Below are positions 46,026 to 55,624 of a DNA stretch of 64,000 nucleotides, piece by piece. Location: the sequence record OR896157.1. The stretch is one strand, 5' to 3'. The notes under the pieces were generated by a model. The model was not told the DNA's origin. It saw only the letters and a list, made by a program, of their open reading frames with translations, and did not search any database. The stretch's first letter is position 1; each line of letters begins with the position of its first letter. The DNA comes from a phage. A program made the position numbers and the translations under genes.

Positions 46026-46275
46026 TGACTGTAACCTCAAGCTTATCATCTAAACCAATATCCTTAAGCGCATCAGTCATTCGACGAATACGAGCAGTAA
46101 CTTCTTCGGGAGAAAGTTTAGGTTTATCATCGGTCTTAGGAGCGATAATCACTGCCAGTCCGAATACCAAAAGTGCAGGTACAGCAACAATGATTCCGTA
46201 AGCAATAACAAGATAAGCCAGAAGCTTAGATAAAGCAGTACGAGTCCCGTTGAAGAAAGATTTGATGTATTTCAT
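46000..46275 (-). CDS. small membrane protein (91 aa)
   Basis: hydrophobic segment LLAYLVIAYGIIVAVPALLVFGLAVIIA. Confidence 0.45.
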   Translation of the reverse strand: MKYIKSFFNGTRTALSKLLAYLVIAYGIIVAVPALLVFGLAVIIAPKTDDKPKLSPEEVTARIRRMTDALKDIGLDDKLEVTVNGKLTTKS

Positions 46276-46374
46276 GTTTTTCCTTAGGAGAAAGTTACGA
46301 TACCAGCGAAAACGTACAGAGCAGGGAATTCTTCGCCCCAGCTTTGAATGATGAAGTTTGCGTTTAGTGCGAGT

Positions 46375-46860
46375 TTATTCAGGATGTTCATTGTGTTCCT
46401 CATTCCAAGTTCCGCTGTTAATCCACAGCCTTTGATTGTCACTGCCTCTCCAAAGCTTTTTAGTTGGTAGAGACTGTTCATATTTACCATCGATAATAAC
46501 ATCAACATAATTTAGCAGTTCCAAGTCCTTGATATCTTCGAACTTGTAGCCCGTCCACATCCAAACATCTTTATGAGGATGACTAGTGTGTAAGCACTTA
46601 AGTAGTGCTTCTATAGTTTCTCTGTTGTCTGGATAAAGAGGGTCTCCACCTGTAAGAGTGATTCCTTGAATGTAATCTTTGCTTAAAAGCTCTCTGATTT
46701 CTCCAATGGTTTCACCGGTGAATTCTGTTCCATTACGCGGATTCCATGTAGATTTATTGTAACATCCTTCACATTTATGCAAACACCCGGTGACAAAAAG
46801 AACGACCCTGCAACCAGGGCCATTCACAAAATCACAAGGATAGATTCTGTCATACTTCAC
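46375..46860 (-). CDS. nrdG: anaerobic ribonucleotide reductase activating protein NrdG (radical SAM)
   Basis: 161 aa; YDRIYPCDFVNGPGCRVVLFVTGCLHKCEGCYN...SLPTKKLWRGSDNQRLW matches remembered T4 NrdG; GTG start. Confidence 0.9.
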   Translation of the reverse strand: MKYDRIYPCDFVNGPGCRVVLFVTGCLHKCEGCYNKSTWNPRNGTEFTGETIGEIRELLSKDYIQGITLTGGDPLYPDNRETIEALLKCLHTSHPHKDVWMWTGYKFEDIKDLELLNYVDVIIDGKYEQSLPTKKLWRGSDNQRLWINSGTWNEEHNEHPE

Positions 46861-48679
46861 AGTGCTTTGTCCTATGCATTATTTCTTTGTTTTTACCAAG
46901 ATTAAATCCACGTTCAGATGGATTGCCAAGATATCCACAAGTGCGTCGTATTGTGTTCATCTTTTTAGGGTCTGATTCACCACATTCATGACAGACAAAT
47001 CCATCTTCCGTTGGAGTCATTTCATGAGTTGAACCGCATGTAAAGCACTTATCAACTGGCATGTTTACACCGAAGTAATCAAGATGCTCAACAGCATAAT
47101 CCCACACTGCTTCAAGACCTTTAAGGTTGTTCTTCATATCAGGAAGTTCTACATAACTGATATGACCACCCTTAGCGATGAAGTGGAAAATAGCTTCACG
47201 GTCAATTTTACCAAATGGAGAAATCTTTTCTTCTACTGAAACATGGAAACTGTTGGTGTACCACCCTTTATCGGTGACGCCTTTGATATCACCATGGACT
47301 TCAGCGTCAATCTTACAGAAGCGATAGCACAAATTCTCTGCTGGAGTTGAATAAAGACTAAAAGCAAAGCCAGTCTCTTTAGTCCATTCAGCAAGATAAT
47401 CATTCAGGCATTTCAGAAGAAGCTTACCGATATCAGCACCCAATAGAGTTTGAACTTCATGGATTCCGATGTACCCTAACGAAATTGAAGAACGACCATT
47501 TCGGAAGATGTCGAGAATCTCATCGTTTGGCTTAAGACGAACACCAAAAGCACCTTCTTGATAAAGAATAGGAGCTACAGAAGCTGTTACACCACGAAGT
47601 GATTCAATACGAGCTAAAAGAGCTTCTTTACAAATCTTCAAACGGTCATCAAGAATGTGGAAGAACTTGGTCAAGTCTGGACGGCCATCAACCATACAAT
47701 CGAGTGCTACTCGTGGTAGGTTAATTGTCACTACACCAAGATTATTACGACCATCGAGAATTTCTTCGCCGTCTTTGTTCTTCCATACGCCCAGGAATGA
47801 GCGACATCCCATTGGAGAAACTGGAACAGAAGAGCCAGTGATTAGACGGTTATTCTTTGAACTAATGATGTCAGGATACATTCGCTTACTTGCACATTCC
47901 AATGCAAGTTGTTTGATGTCATAGTTCACATCAGTAGGATGAAGGTTAATTCCTTCTTCAACAAACATAACGAGCTTAGGAAAAATCGGAGTGATTCCGT
48001 CTCGTCCAAGACCTTTGATTCTATTTTTGAGAATAGCTTTTTGAATCATTCGTTCATAATCGCTTGTACCAGTACCAAAGGTAATTGTCACGAATGGAGT
48101 TTGTCCATTTGAACTGAACAAAGTATTGACTTCATATTCATAAGCTTGGAATGCGTCGTATACGTCTTTTTCTGTTTTCTCAATCGCGTATACATAGTCA
48201 TTGACATGCTCAATGCCGTATCTTTCTGCATCGTGTAAATGCTTAAAGAAAGTCTTCTCTACAAAAGGAGCAAGTACAACATCAACATTAGCAAATGTCG
48301 TTCCACCATATTGATGTGAAGCTACTTGAGCAGTGATTTGAGCCATAATAGCAGTTGCTACACCAATTGACTTTGGAGTCTCAATTTGAGCATTACCAAG
48401 TTTAAATCCATTGCTGAGCATACCCTTCAAATCGACTAAGCAACAGTTAGTGAATGGAAGAGCTGGAGAATAGTCTAAGTCATGAAAATGAATAAGACCT
48501 TTATCATGAGCATTTAGAACAGTAGGAGAGATAACCTGACGAGCAATGTGTTTTGAAACAATTCCTGCCATCAGGTCTCGTTGAGTTGGAAAAACACGAG
48601 AATCTTTATTAGCATTCTCGTTTAGTAAGTCTTTGTTGGTGCGGTTGATTAAACCCTGGATTTCTGATTCAATTGTCAT
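46850..48679 (-). CDS. nrdD: anaerobic ribonucleoside-triphosphate reductase NrdD, uninterrupted
   Basis: 609 aa continuous ORF; glycyl-radical C-terminus ...RRTCGYLGNP... and C-x2-C...C-x2-C zinc site; no intron. Confidence 0.9.
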   Translation of the reverse strand: MTIESEIQGLINRTNKDLLNENANKDSRVFPTQRDLMAGIVSKHIARQVISPTVLNAHDKGLIHFHDLDYSPALPFTNCCLVDLKGMLSNGFKLGNAQIETPKSIGVATAIMAQITAQVASHQYGGTTFANVDVVLAPFVEKTFFKHLHDAERYGIEHVNDYVYAIEKTEKDVYDAFQAYEYEVNTLFSSNGQTPFVTITFGTGTSDYERMIQKAILKNRIKGLGRDGITPIFPKLVMFVEEGINLHPTDVNYDIKQLALECASKRMYPDIISSKNNRLITGSSVPVSPMGCRSFLGVWKNKDGEEILDGRNNLGVVTINLPRVALDCMVDGRPDLTKFFHILDDRLKICKEALLARIESLRGVTASVAPILYQEGAFGVRLKPNDEILDIFRNGRSSISLGYIGIHEVQTLLGADIGKLLLKCLNDYLAEWTKETGFAFSLYSTPAENLCYRFCKIDAEVHGDIKGVTDKGWYTNSFHVSVEEKISPFGKIDREAIFHFIAKGGHISYVELPDMKNNLKGLEAVWDYAVEHLDYFGVNMPVDKCFTCGSTHEMTPTEDGFVCHECGESDPKKMNTIRRTCGYLGNPSERGFNLGKNKEIMHRTKHCEV

Positions 48680-49149
48680 TTTAAACTCTTACGAAGTTGC
48701 TTTTTGAATGAAGCAACAAGCTTTGGTTTGGAATCATCTTCAGAATAGGTAAACCCGTAAGCATTCATTTCAGCTATCATCTCGGGTTTACCAAGTCGAC
48801 TGAATTCTTTTGACTTATCGCCAATGAAATTAGGATGAATGTTGTTTTTAGTATAGTCATTCTTCAGATAGGTCAGCAAACTCTCAAGCCACTCGAGGTA
48901 GTCGACTTCACGACCTTTCAAACCAGAGCGGTTGAACTTATGCTTCATTTGACCTTCTGCTGCGTTACACAAATTACACAGTAAACCACGAACTTTACCG
49001 GCTTTTGGTCCGTTCAATTCATGGTCGTGGTCAAGGTGGTTACTTTGAACATCGCTGTCTAATTCACGTTTACAAATCGGACAGATACCATGCTGTGCAT
49101 CAAATAGTCTTTGTTTTTCTTCTTTGTAGAGTTTGCTGGTCAATAACAT
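48676..49149 (-). CDS. 49: endonuclease VII gp49 (Holliday junction resolvase)
   Basis: 157 aa; nearly identical to remembered T4 gp49 (MLLT.KLYKEEKQ...HLDHDHELNGPKAGKVRGLLCNLCNAAEGQMKHKFNRSGLKG). Confidence 0.9.
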   Translation of the reverse strand: MLLTSKLYKEEKQRLFDAQHGICPICKRELDSDVQSNHLDHDHELNGPKAGKVRGLLCNLCNAAEGQMKHKFNRSGLKGREVDYLEWLESLLTYLKNDYTKNNIHPNFIGDKSKEFSRLGKPEMIAEMNAYGFTYSEDDSKPKLVASFKKQLRKSLK

Positions 49150-49173
49150 AGTTCACCTCAATATTAGATGAAC

Positions 49174-49181
49174 TATTTATA
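49174..49181 (-). promoter_or_regulatory. late promoter TATAAATA upstream of gene 49
   Basis: perfect 8-mer on minus strand 24 nt upstream of the gene 49 ATG; T4 gene 49 is known to have a late promoter. Confidence 0.55.
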
Positions 49182-49183
49182 GT

Positions 49184-49648
49184 TTAGAACTTCCTGGAGT
49201 TAAACTCCAATTGAGATTCAAGCCAACGAATATAATCTGCAGCAGCTTGCATCAAATCGTATTCTTCGGAATCACAATTTTCTTGACCAGCCATTTTATA
49301 GAGCTGCGCAGTAATATCTTTTCCGTTAAAAAGATTACGAGGGATATCTTCAGAAGAGCCGTATTGGTCAGAAGAAAGTTCTTCAAGTTCTTCTAAATGA
49401 TCAATCTCATCAGAGTAGAAGCACCAGAACCATGAATCTTGACCACTAATTTCTGGATGAGTAGCAGTTTTAACATGAACATAAGGGCCGTTCTTAAATT
49501 GAACAGAAGTCATGCCAGTTGATTCGCCTACTTTACTGATGCTCAGAACTTTAAATTCTGCACCCTTTACAAATTCAGGGAATTGAGAAAGCAGCTCTTC
49601 ATCTTCTTCAATAACACGAAAAACTTTATTCAGGAAACTCATATCCAA
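49184..49648 (-). CDS. hypothetical acidic protein (154 aa) at the T4 pin position
   Basis: positional only. Confidence 0.4.
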   Translation of the reverse strand: MDMSFLNKVFRVIEEDEELLSQFPEFVKGAEFKVLSISKVGESTGMTSVQFKNGPYVHVKTATHPEISGQDSWFWCFYSDEIDHLEELEELSSDQYGSSEDIPRNLFNGKDITAQLYKMAGQENCDSEEYDLMQAAADYIRWLESQLEFNSRKF

Positions 49649-49756
49649 ACTCCATATCGATTAATTCATTGTTGGTAGGTTCATTATAATCATCTTCAGG
49701 AAAGCGTTCTTCTTCCTCTGGCTCGAGAGTTTCCCATCGAGCCGCATACCAAGGTT

Positions 49757-50068
49757 TTAGAGCGTAACCCATTCTGTGATAGTCTTAGTTACTTTACGCT
49801 CGCGTTTCTCAACTAACGAGACATCAGGCTCCATATAGTACCAATCAGTATGATACGAACCAGAACGAGTTTCATTTACAGCGACGTGAACGTCATGTTT
49901 CTTGCTGTAGTAAACTACTTGACGATATTGATACTTGTGGTTCTGAGTCCATTCATCATGGTCTACTTCTTCAAGATAATCAGAGTCTTCAAAGTCGTAA
50001 TACTCTGAATGTCCATCATGGTCTTCCATGATTTCTTTCAGAATTTTTTCTTTCATTTCAGAAATCAT
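49757..50068 (-). CDS. hypothetical protein (103 aa)
   Basis: minus-strand ORF. Confidence 0.45.
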   Translation of the reverse strand: MISEMKEKILKEIMEDHDGHSEYYDFEDSDYLEEVDHDEWTQNHKYQYRQVVYYSKKHDVHVAVNETRSGSYHTDWYYMEPDVSLVEKRERKVTKTITEWVTL

Positions 50069-50237
50069 TATTCACCTCGTAAAGTTTCAAGAACTTCATC
50101 ATCAACCCAAGATTCTAAACCACTTGGAAGAGAACGTTCGACTTCCCAAAGTAAAGCTTCGCATTCGCGAAGACGAGCAAGCTCAGCAGAGCAAATTACT
50201 TCTTCTGTCTTTGGGTCAATCAATACAGAGTTCAGAC

Positions 50238-50519
50238 TCATTTCAAATATTCCTTCAATTCAGTAAATCCACCGATAGGCGAACCTTTTTCATCAAAAAT
50301 CTGGGGCATTGTCAAACCAACACGAGATGGTCTATTCAGACGCGTCAGAAGCTCAGAGATAACTTCTTCATTAAAGATTGGTGTACCATCTTCATTATTA
50401 CCTGAAGTCACAGAGATGAACTCGTAATCTTTACGTTTAGCATCTAACAGACGCTTAGAGTTAATGCATGGAACACATTTAAAATGCTTGCTGTCGTAAC
50501 CGAAAACCTTGAATGTCAC
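50238..50519 (-). CDS. nrdC: thioredoxin/glutaredoxin NrdC
   Basis: FKVFGYDS..HFKCVPC...GLTMPQIFDEKGSPIGGF.EL.EYLK matches remembered T4 NrdC; likely GTG start at 50519 after GAGGA RBS (track ORF begins at a TTG). Confidence 0.8.
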   Translation of the reverse strand: MTFKVFGYDSKHFKCVPCINSKRLLDAKRKDYEFISVTSGNNEDGTPIFNEEVISELLTRLNRPSRVGLTMPQIFDEKGSPIGGFTELKEYLK

Positions 50520-50772
50520 TAGAGATGTCCTCAATAACTGATGAGACTACTTTATCGTAGTCGGGATGATTTTGCGTGCGATGGTCCCATTTAACACCAA
50601 GACGTTTTGCAACTTCACGGTTAATTGAGCCAAACGCAAATGAATGAGCACGGGTTAAAGCACTCTTCAAAACTGAATAAGAATCCGGCATTTTACCGTG
50701 GTCTTTATGATAAGCTACCATCATTCGGAGGAGGCTGTCTTCAGCCTCAATCATATATTCTTTACGGCTCAT
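50479..50772 (-). CDS. hypothetical protein (97 aa)
   Basis: minus-strand ORF. Confidence 0.4.
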   Translation of the reverse strand: MSRKEYMIEAEDSLLRMMVAYHKDHGKMPDSYSVLKSALTRAHSFAFGSINREVAKRLGVKWDHRTQNHPDYDKVVSSVIEDISSDIQGFRLRQQAF

Positions 50773-51062
50773 AATTCTGTAACTCGTTTATAAGCTTCAT
50801 GAGCTGCGATTGCAATCTTCTCATTAATATCAAGAGAAGTTTCAGGTTGATTATTTAACTGATGGCAAGCGTATGTTTTAAACATTATAACATCGAAATC
50901 AACCATTGCACTAATGCTTCGGTGAACGTGGTCCATATTCAGTTCTACACCTTTTTCTTCAGCGTACTGAAGACAGATTCTAGCGTTAATTTCACGAAGC
51001 TCCTTGAATAAGGATTTCAATTCAGGAGAATCAGCAATTGCTTCACCTTTAAATGGATTCAT
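50769..51062 (-). CDS. hypothetical protein (97 aa)
   Basis: coupled ORF. Confidence 0.45.
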   Translation of the reverse strand: MNPFKGEAIADSPELKSLFKELREINARICLQYAEEKGVELNMDHVHRSISAMVDFDVIMFKTYACHQLNNQPETSLDINEKIAIAAHEAYKRVTEL

Positions 51063-51394
51063 TTGACCGCCTTAACGCCAGAAATGTTACGGATAGCTTC
51101 GTGTACTTCATCGAAGTCTTCTTTATTGACTGTAACTACCAGAGTTCGAGTAGTTTGTTTCTTTTTCCAGCGTTTGAAGAAAGTTTCTAAACGAAGGTCA
51201 TGAGCAGCAAAACTATCTTCGTCATTTTTGTAAACATAACCAGATTCGATTTCAACTACTGTGTATGGAGATGGGTTTTCATATTCTTCTACTTCTACAC
51301 CATCAAATAAGATTAGTGTATCATCGTGGTAATAACCTTCCCAGAAGGCTTCATCGTTATAGAATTCTTTCCAAAGTGCACCAGTAGTTTTCAT
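51059..51394 (-). CDS. hypothetical protein (111 aa)
   Basis: coupled ORF. Confidence 0.45.
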   Translation of the reverse strand: MKTTGALWKEFYNDEAFWEGYYHDDTLILFDGVEVEEYENPSPYTVVEIESGYVYKNDEDSFAAHDLRLETFFKRWKKKQTTRTLVVTVNKEDFDEVHEAIRNISGVKAVK

Positions 51395-51906
51395 TTCTTC
51401 ACCTCAGGAAATGCAGCTTCAATACGTTTAGCAATTGCTTTATCAAGACATTCACCGAAATTAGCATTTAAACGAGCAACTACTAGTTCTTCCCAGCGGT
51501 GTTCAGTCATTCGCATAGTGTCTTCAATGCGGTTTTCTAACTTTTTGACTGCTTCATCAATAATTTTAACAATTCGGTCTTGAATTGCATTAGCAGCTAC
51601 TCGTTCAGCTTCTTTATGCATGCGAGAATCAAGTTCCATCGTTGATTCAACATCGTTCCAACCTTTCTTTGTAAAGAAATCCTGGAGTTGATTCTTAATA
51701 GCCGCGTTTACATTAGGAATTCGAGCTCCAAGTAATTCAATTTCCTGCGAAACTGCTTTACGAATTTTGTTATCAGAGTCTTTAAGCACCATCTCTTTGA
51801 CGATGTTCTGAATAACTGACTGTTGCAAGGCGGCACGAATTTCAGTGCCTTCTGGGAACAGTTGACGAATTGTGTTGGTATCTAATTTTAAATCAATGAG
51901 TGACAT
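51391..51906 (-). CDS. hypothetical protein (171 aa)
   Basis: coupled ORF. Confidence 0.5.
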   Translation of the reverse strand: MSLIDLKLDTNTIRQLFPEGTEIRAALQQSVIQNIVKEMVLKDSDNKIRKAVSQEIELLGARIPNVNAAIKNQLQDFFTKKGWNDVESTMELDSRMHKEAERVAANAIQDRIVKIIDEAVKKLENRIEDTMRMTEHRWEELVVARLNANFGECLDKAIAKRIEAAFPEVKK

Positions 51907-51918
51907 AACAATTTCCTC

Positions 51919-52344
51919 TTAAATATCTGAATTCATCCAATCAATTGCTGATTGAGGTAAACATACTATCACAGAAAAGAATAAAGCAAGTACATAAGTG
52001 ATAACATAAAGGAATGCTGAACCAAATGACCAAGCAGCATTCCAGCCTTGACGATACTCTGAATAGATTAACTCAGGTCGTATTTCCAAATCGTACATTG
52101 AACCAACTTGTGCCATGCTATAAAATGCAGGTGAAATTTCTCTGTCAAATCTTCGACCATTTTGGTCTTCATAAACAGCAATGAATTCCAGATGAGAATA
52201 TTTTCCAGTTGAAGTTCCGGAATAAAGTTGAACTAATTCTGCTTTAACGAGCTGTTCCTTTGAAAAGTCAGGACGCACATCAGTAAAAATAGAGAAACAC
52301 CAAAAGCAAATTGCCGCTACAAGAAATTTCATGCGAGTTGTCAT
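51919..52344 (-). CDS. membrane protein (141 aa), N- and C-terminal hydrophobic segments
   Basis: MKFLVAAICFWCFSIF... and ...FLYVITYVLALFFSVIVCL. Confidence 0.5.
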   Translation of the reverse strand: MTTRMKFLVAAICFWCFSIFTDVRPDFSKEQLVKAELVQLYSGTSTGKYSHLEFIAVYEDQNGRRFDREISPAFYSMAQVGSMYDLEIRPELIYSEYRQGWNAAWSFGSAFLYVITYVLALFFSVIVCLPQSAIDWMNSDI

Positions 52345-52598
52345 TTTAATTCCTTCACAAATTTATGGAAACAGATTCGGCATTTCATCTGAAGTTGAGG
52401 AGTTTGCCAGTTAACTAATTGTACTTGAATACTATCACATTTTGGGCAAGGCGTAACTTGTTTAGCTGCTGCTTCACGTCGTTCAACCATTTCAATCATA
52501 GCATTCCAACGGGTAGCGGCCATAAGCCGCTCCATTCCTTCAGGGTCGTCTAAAATTTCTTGACTTAAGTCAATATCTTCTGCTAATTGCTTTTTCAT
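52341..52598 (-). CDS. zinc-ribbon protein (85 aa)
   Basis: CPKC...CRIC cysteine pairs. Confidence 0.45.
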   Translation of the reverse strand: MKKQLAEDIDLSQEILDDPEGMERLMAATRWNAMIEMVERREAAAKQVTPCPKCDSIQVQLVNWQTPQLQMKCRICFHKFVKELK

Positions 52599-53593
52599 AC
52601 ACCAGCCTTAGGTTCAGAGATAACTTCTAACGAAATTCGCAATGTTTCCATCTGCCGTTTTAACTGAATGGTACGTGAACTGATTCGCGAAACTTCGTCG
52701 TTAAGATTACGCTTTTTCATTTCAAGTTCATTGAACTCTTCTTCAAGCTCGTTGATTTTTGCTTTAATAACTTTGCTTGCGTCTGCAGGAGTTTCAACAA
52801 TTTCTTTAACCGTGTTAGGAGTCATAATCGGCTCTTCTGGAGCAACGAAATCTTCCTTTTTCTTAATATTCAAGTTAACCATAATTTGATGCTGACGTGG
52901 CGTTTCAACAACAAGATTATAGAAACGGACAATATTCATTCGTTTAAGAGCTGAAATAATCTGCTTAGAGATTCGTTCCATATCACCATTTTCACGGCCA
53001 GCACGAATGGTGATAGTCATTACATCATCACTTTCTTCAATAAATGAAATTGTCGGAATGGTCCATTTACTAGTTGAAAGCATGAAGTTAGTTTTAGCTT
53101 TGTCGTTTTCAGTCAGAAAAGCTGCACCCAAACGTAACAGACGAGGAAACTCAAAAGAAAACTGATTAATGATGAAATTAACAGCGCTTTGATTATGCAT
53201 TTTATTTGTGTGCACATTAGTTTTATCACCATCAGCGTTATAATAAAGAGCATTGTATTCGTCAGGAGCTTGCATTAAGTAATGACGAAGACGGTTATTT
53301 GCTTTAACACGACGGAGAATTCCACTGGTGCGCAGTACATCAATCCAGGCGTCGGGTTTGTTCGCATCTCCAGCAGCTATTCGCGTAGAGTTGATGCGAG
53401 CGTCAATTCCCATTTTACCAAATTCAGTGTTTAAAATGGTTGAAATCCACTGACGAATACATCCAAGTTTTTCAATTCGGTCAGCTCGTAATCCTTCGCC
53501 TGGGACGAAGTTGAAAGATGCTTCAGCATTAGCAATAAGTTCTTTGATGTAAGTATTGAAATTGTTGTTGGTCAACACATTTACTAATTTCAT
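52595..53593 (-). CDS. hypothetical protein (332 aa) with C-terminal coiled coil
   Basis: long minus-strand ORF. Confidence 0.55.
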   Translation of the reverse strand: MKLVNVLTNNNFNTYIKELIANAEASFNFVPGEGLRADRIEKLGCIRQWISTILNTEFGKMGIDARINSTRIAAGDANKPDAWIDVLRTSGILRRVKANNRLRHYLMQAPDEYNALYYNADGDKTNVHTNKMHNQSAVNFIINQFSFEFPRLLRLGAAFLTENDKAKTNFMLSTSKWTIPTISFIEESDDVMTITIRAGRENGDMERISKQIISALKRMNIVRFYNLVVETPRQHQIMVNLNIKKKEDFVAPEEPIMTPNTVKEIVETPADASKVIKAKINELEEEFNELEMKKRNLNDEVSRISSRTIQLKRQMETLRISLEVISEPKAGV

Positions 53594-53672
53594 TTCTATT
53601 CCTTCATTGTCAGGCGTAAATTTGATTGAGAATCCGTGAAACCATTATACATCACGGATTCCTAAAGCATTT

Positions 53673-54446
53673 TTAAATTTTTACTTTTGTTGGACGCTTA
53701 AAGAACGAATGAGTGCTATCGTCTTTAGCATGCTCAAAAGTTGCAGAGAATTCAATAATTCCACGATAATCCATCGGAACTGCTTTTGGTAATGAGCCAT
53801 AAACAGTAGCACCGTTTTCAAGACGGACAGTCATTTTGACTTGCATTCCATAATAGTCTTCCCAGCACTTAACTGAAACGACTTTACCTTTCACTGTTTG
53901 CTTACCAGTGGGTGCTTCACCTTTATTCTTTTTGAATGATTCATATAGTTCATCAAAGAATTTCTTAGAAGCTTCTTGAATAGCCATAAGAATGTTCTTA
54001 TGAGCTCTGACTTCAACCATCATAACAGTGGTGAAATCTTCAAGTTCCCAGCGTTTGTAAGGCTCACGGACCTCGATAGGGCAACCGTAAAGCTTAAGTT
54101 CAACATACATTGCTGCAGTTAAACGAAGTTTCCACCATCCATGGTCTCTTGTGTACTCTGGTTTGTCAAAGTAATCAAGTTCCGTAACGTATGGAAGATA
54201 ACTACCAGCGTGATATGCTTCCACTTCGCCATGTTCATTTTCCCAGAGATAACCATCGAACGGAGCATGTGGACGATCATCAATTCCCCAGGTTGGAGCA
54301 ACCACCTTATCAAATCCTTCACGACCGTAGTGGGTCTTCGCCCATCCAGCATTCAATTCCAAAGCGCGTTCTTCAACTTTCGCCCGGCGTGCAGCATGTG
54401 CTTTACGATTTTCATCTAAGATTGAGTCGATGATTTCAGTTAGCAT
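53673..54446 (-). CDS. hypothetical protein (257 aa)
   Basis: ATG at 54446 after GGAGAAA RBS. Confidence 0.5.
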   Translation of the reverse strand: MLTEIIDSILDENRKAHAARRAKVEERALELNAGWAKTHYGREGFDKVVAPTWGIDDRPHAPFDGYLWENEHGEVEAYHAGSYLPYVTELDYFDKPEYTRDHGWWKLRLTAAMYVELKLYGCPIEVREPYKRWELEDFTTVMMVEVRAHKNILMAIQEASKKFFDELYESFKKNKGEAPTGKQTVKGKVVSVKCWEDYYGMQVKMTVRLENGATVYGSLPKAVPMDYRGIIEFSATFEHAKDDSTHSFFKRPTKVKI

Positions 54447-54476
54447 TTTGTTTCTCCGTTGGTTGATTACGAGACT

Positions 54477-54505
54477 ATCATATACTAACTTTTTGTTGTT
54501 GTAAA
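54477..54505 (-). promoter_or_regulatory. early promoter (TTTACA-17-TATGAT)
   Basis: minus strand aaccgTTTACA, 17 nt, TATGAT. Confidence 0.5.
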
Positions 54506-54506
54506 C

Positions 54507-54575
54507 GGTTGAATGCGGATTCACCAGAACGGTTGAGAGGAACTTTCTTAGGAAGGATGATAAATCATATTACGA
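54507..54575 (-). repeat. promoter-upstream module, copy B
   Basis: shares gtaaacggttga / ccagaacggttgag / aaggatgatNaat blocks with 3421-3490. Confidence 0.5.
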
Positions 54576-54587
54576 GGATACAAAAAT

Positions 54588-54606
54588 GCCCCAGCGAAGC
54601 CGGGGC
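54588..54606 (-). terminator. intrinsic terminator (GCCCCGGC-loop-GCTGGGGC then AUUUUUGU)
   Basis: downstream of ORF 54612-55040. Confidence 0.5.
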
Positions 54607-54611
54607 GAACT

Positions 54612-55040
54612 TTAGTGATAAGCTGGAGTATTAGGGTCGCCAGAGAACCACACAGACTTTTCTATAACAGCTGTTTGCATTTGATTGTTATAAAGAGTCT
54701 CATTGATAATTTTTTCCATCTCAAATAAATGCGCAGCTTGCAGTTGCTCACGGTCCATTGCGATTAAAGCTTTACATTTTTCTTTCATATAAGTTCGTTT
54801 GCCAATCTGTCTTCCTACCAATGGCACTTCACTTCCCAATTTAAGCCAGTTATTAAAAGCAGCATCCGTAGAGTTTTTGTATTCTGCTATAGAATCAGTC
54901 ATACGATTATAAAAGTCTAATTTTGCTTCTTTGTTGTTCTTTCGAAGCATTTCTAAGGCTGTAGATTTCAAACTCACCGCTTCCACTCCTCTGTTCGACC
55001 TATTCGGTCCGGGTGACAATTCCAGAAATAGTCCTTGCAC
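54612..55040 (-). CDS. hypothetical protein (142 aa)
   Basis: minus-strand ORF. Confidence 0.45.
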   Translation of the reverse strand: MQGLFLELSPGPNRSNRGVEAVSLKSTALEMLRKNNKEAKLDFYNRMTDSIAEYKNSTDAAFNNWLKLGSEVPLVGRQIGKRTYMKEKCKALIAMDREQLQAAHLFEMEKIINETLYNNQMQTAVIEKSVWFSGDPNTPAYH

Positions 55041-55408
55041 TTATTTCCATTAGTGCGACAAAACTTTTGCTGGTATGATTTCTTTTTAAATGGCTCACCG
55101 CAACTTGGACATACTAATGTAGTGCCAACTTTCATTAATGCATTATTTCGGTAGATGGGTTCCATGATATCATACCTGGTTGTTGTGGCCTTCTTTTGAG
55201 GACTTTGACTATTATGCTCTTTGACTTCTGTAAGCTTTCTTTCTCGAGTTGTGCTAGTCCTTTGACTACTGTTGAGAAGTCTGAGGACTTCAATTCGGTC
55301 ACCATGCAAGTTGATGGGCCGAGGCTCGTGACCATATTCTTCATTTTCATAGTCTTCGTCTTCATAATCATCATACCAATCGTTTAGTTCATCTAATCCG
55401 TAGCCCAT
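54974..55408 (-). CDS. hypothetical protein with Cys-rich C-terminus (start uncertain)
   Basis: CPSCGEPF...CRTNGNKCKDYFWNCH. Confidence 0.4.
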   Translation of the reverse strand: MGYGLDELNDWYDDYEDEDYENEEYGHEPRPINLHGDRIEVLRLLNSSQRTSTTRERKLTEVKEHNSQSPQKKATTTRYDIMEPIYRNNALMKVGTTLVCPSCGEPFKKKSYQQKFCRTNGNKCKDYFWNCHPDRIGRTEEWKR

Positions 55409-55624
55409 TCATTTACCTACAATTAAAACACCAACCATGAAAATAATCCAGAATGGATAGAATAAAATCATAGACCATTCTGCTAACCATTTAACTACTT
55501 TTTGTTTAGTAGTGTGACAGCTTGATGCCGGCATTCCAAGACACCAAGCGAAAGTTTTAAGAAAAGCAACTCCACCTAGTAAATAAACCACTATTGCTAA
55601 AGCAATAAGAACTGGAATTACCAC
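55409..55624 (-). CDS. small membrane protein (71 aa)
   Basis: two hydrophobic segments. Confidence 0.4.
   Translation of the reverse strand: MVIPVLIALAIVVYLLGGVAFLKTFAWCLGMPASSCHTTKQKVVKWLAEWSMILFYPFWIIFMVGVLIVGK

Noticed and set aside
46284-46508. 74-aa minus-strand ORF
   Set aside because: Overlaps the 3-prime end of nrdG in another frame; nrdG is intact and well supported, so this is most likely a chance frame.
46850-48679. Group I intron in nrdD and translational bypass/split at gene 39/60
   Set aside because: Both ORFs are continuous at full expected length; no interrupting segment is present.
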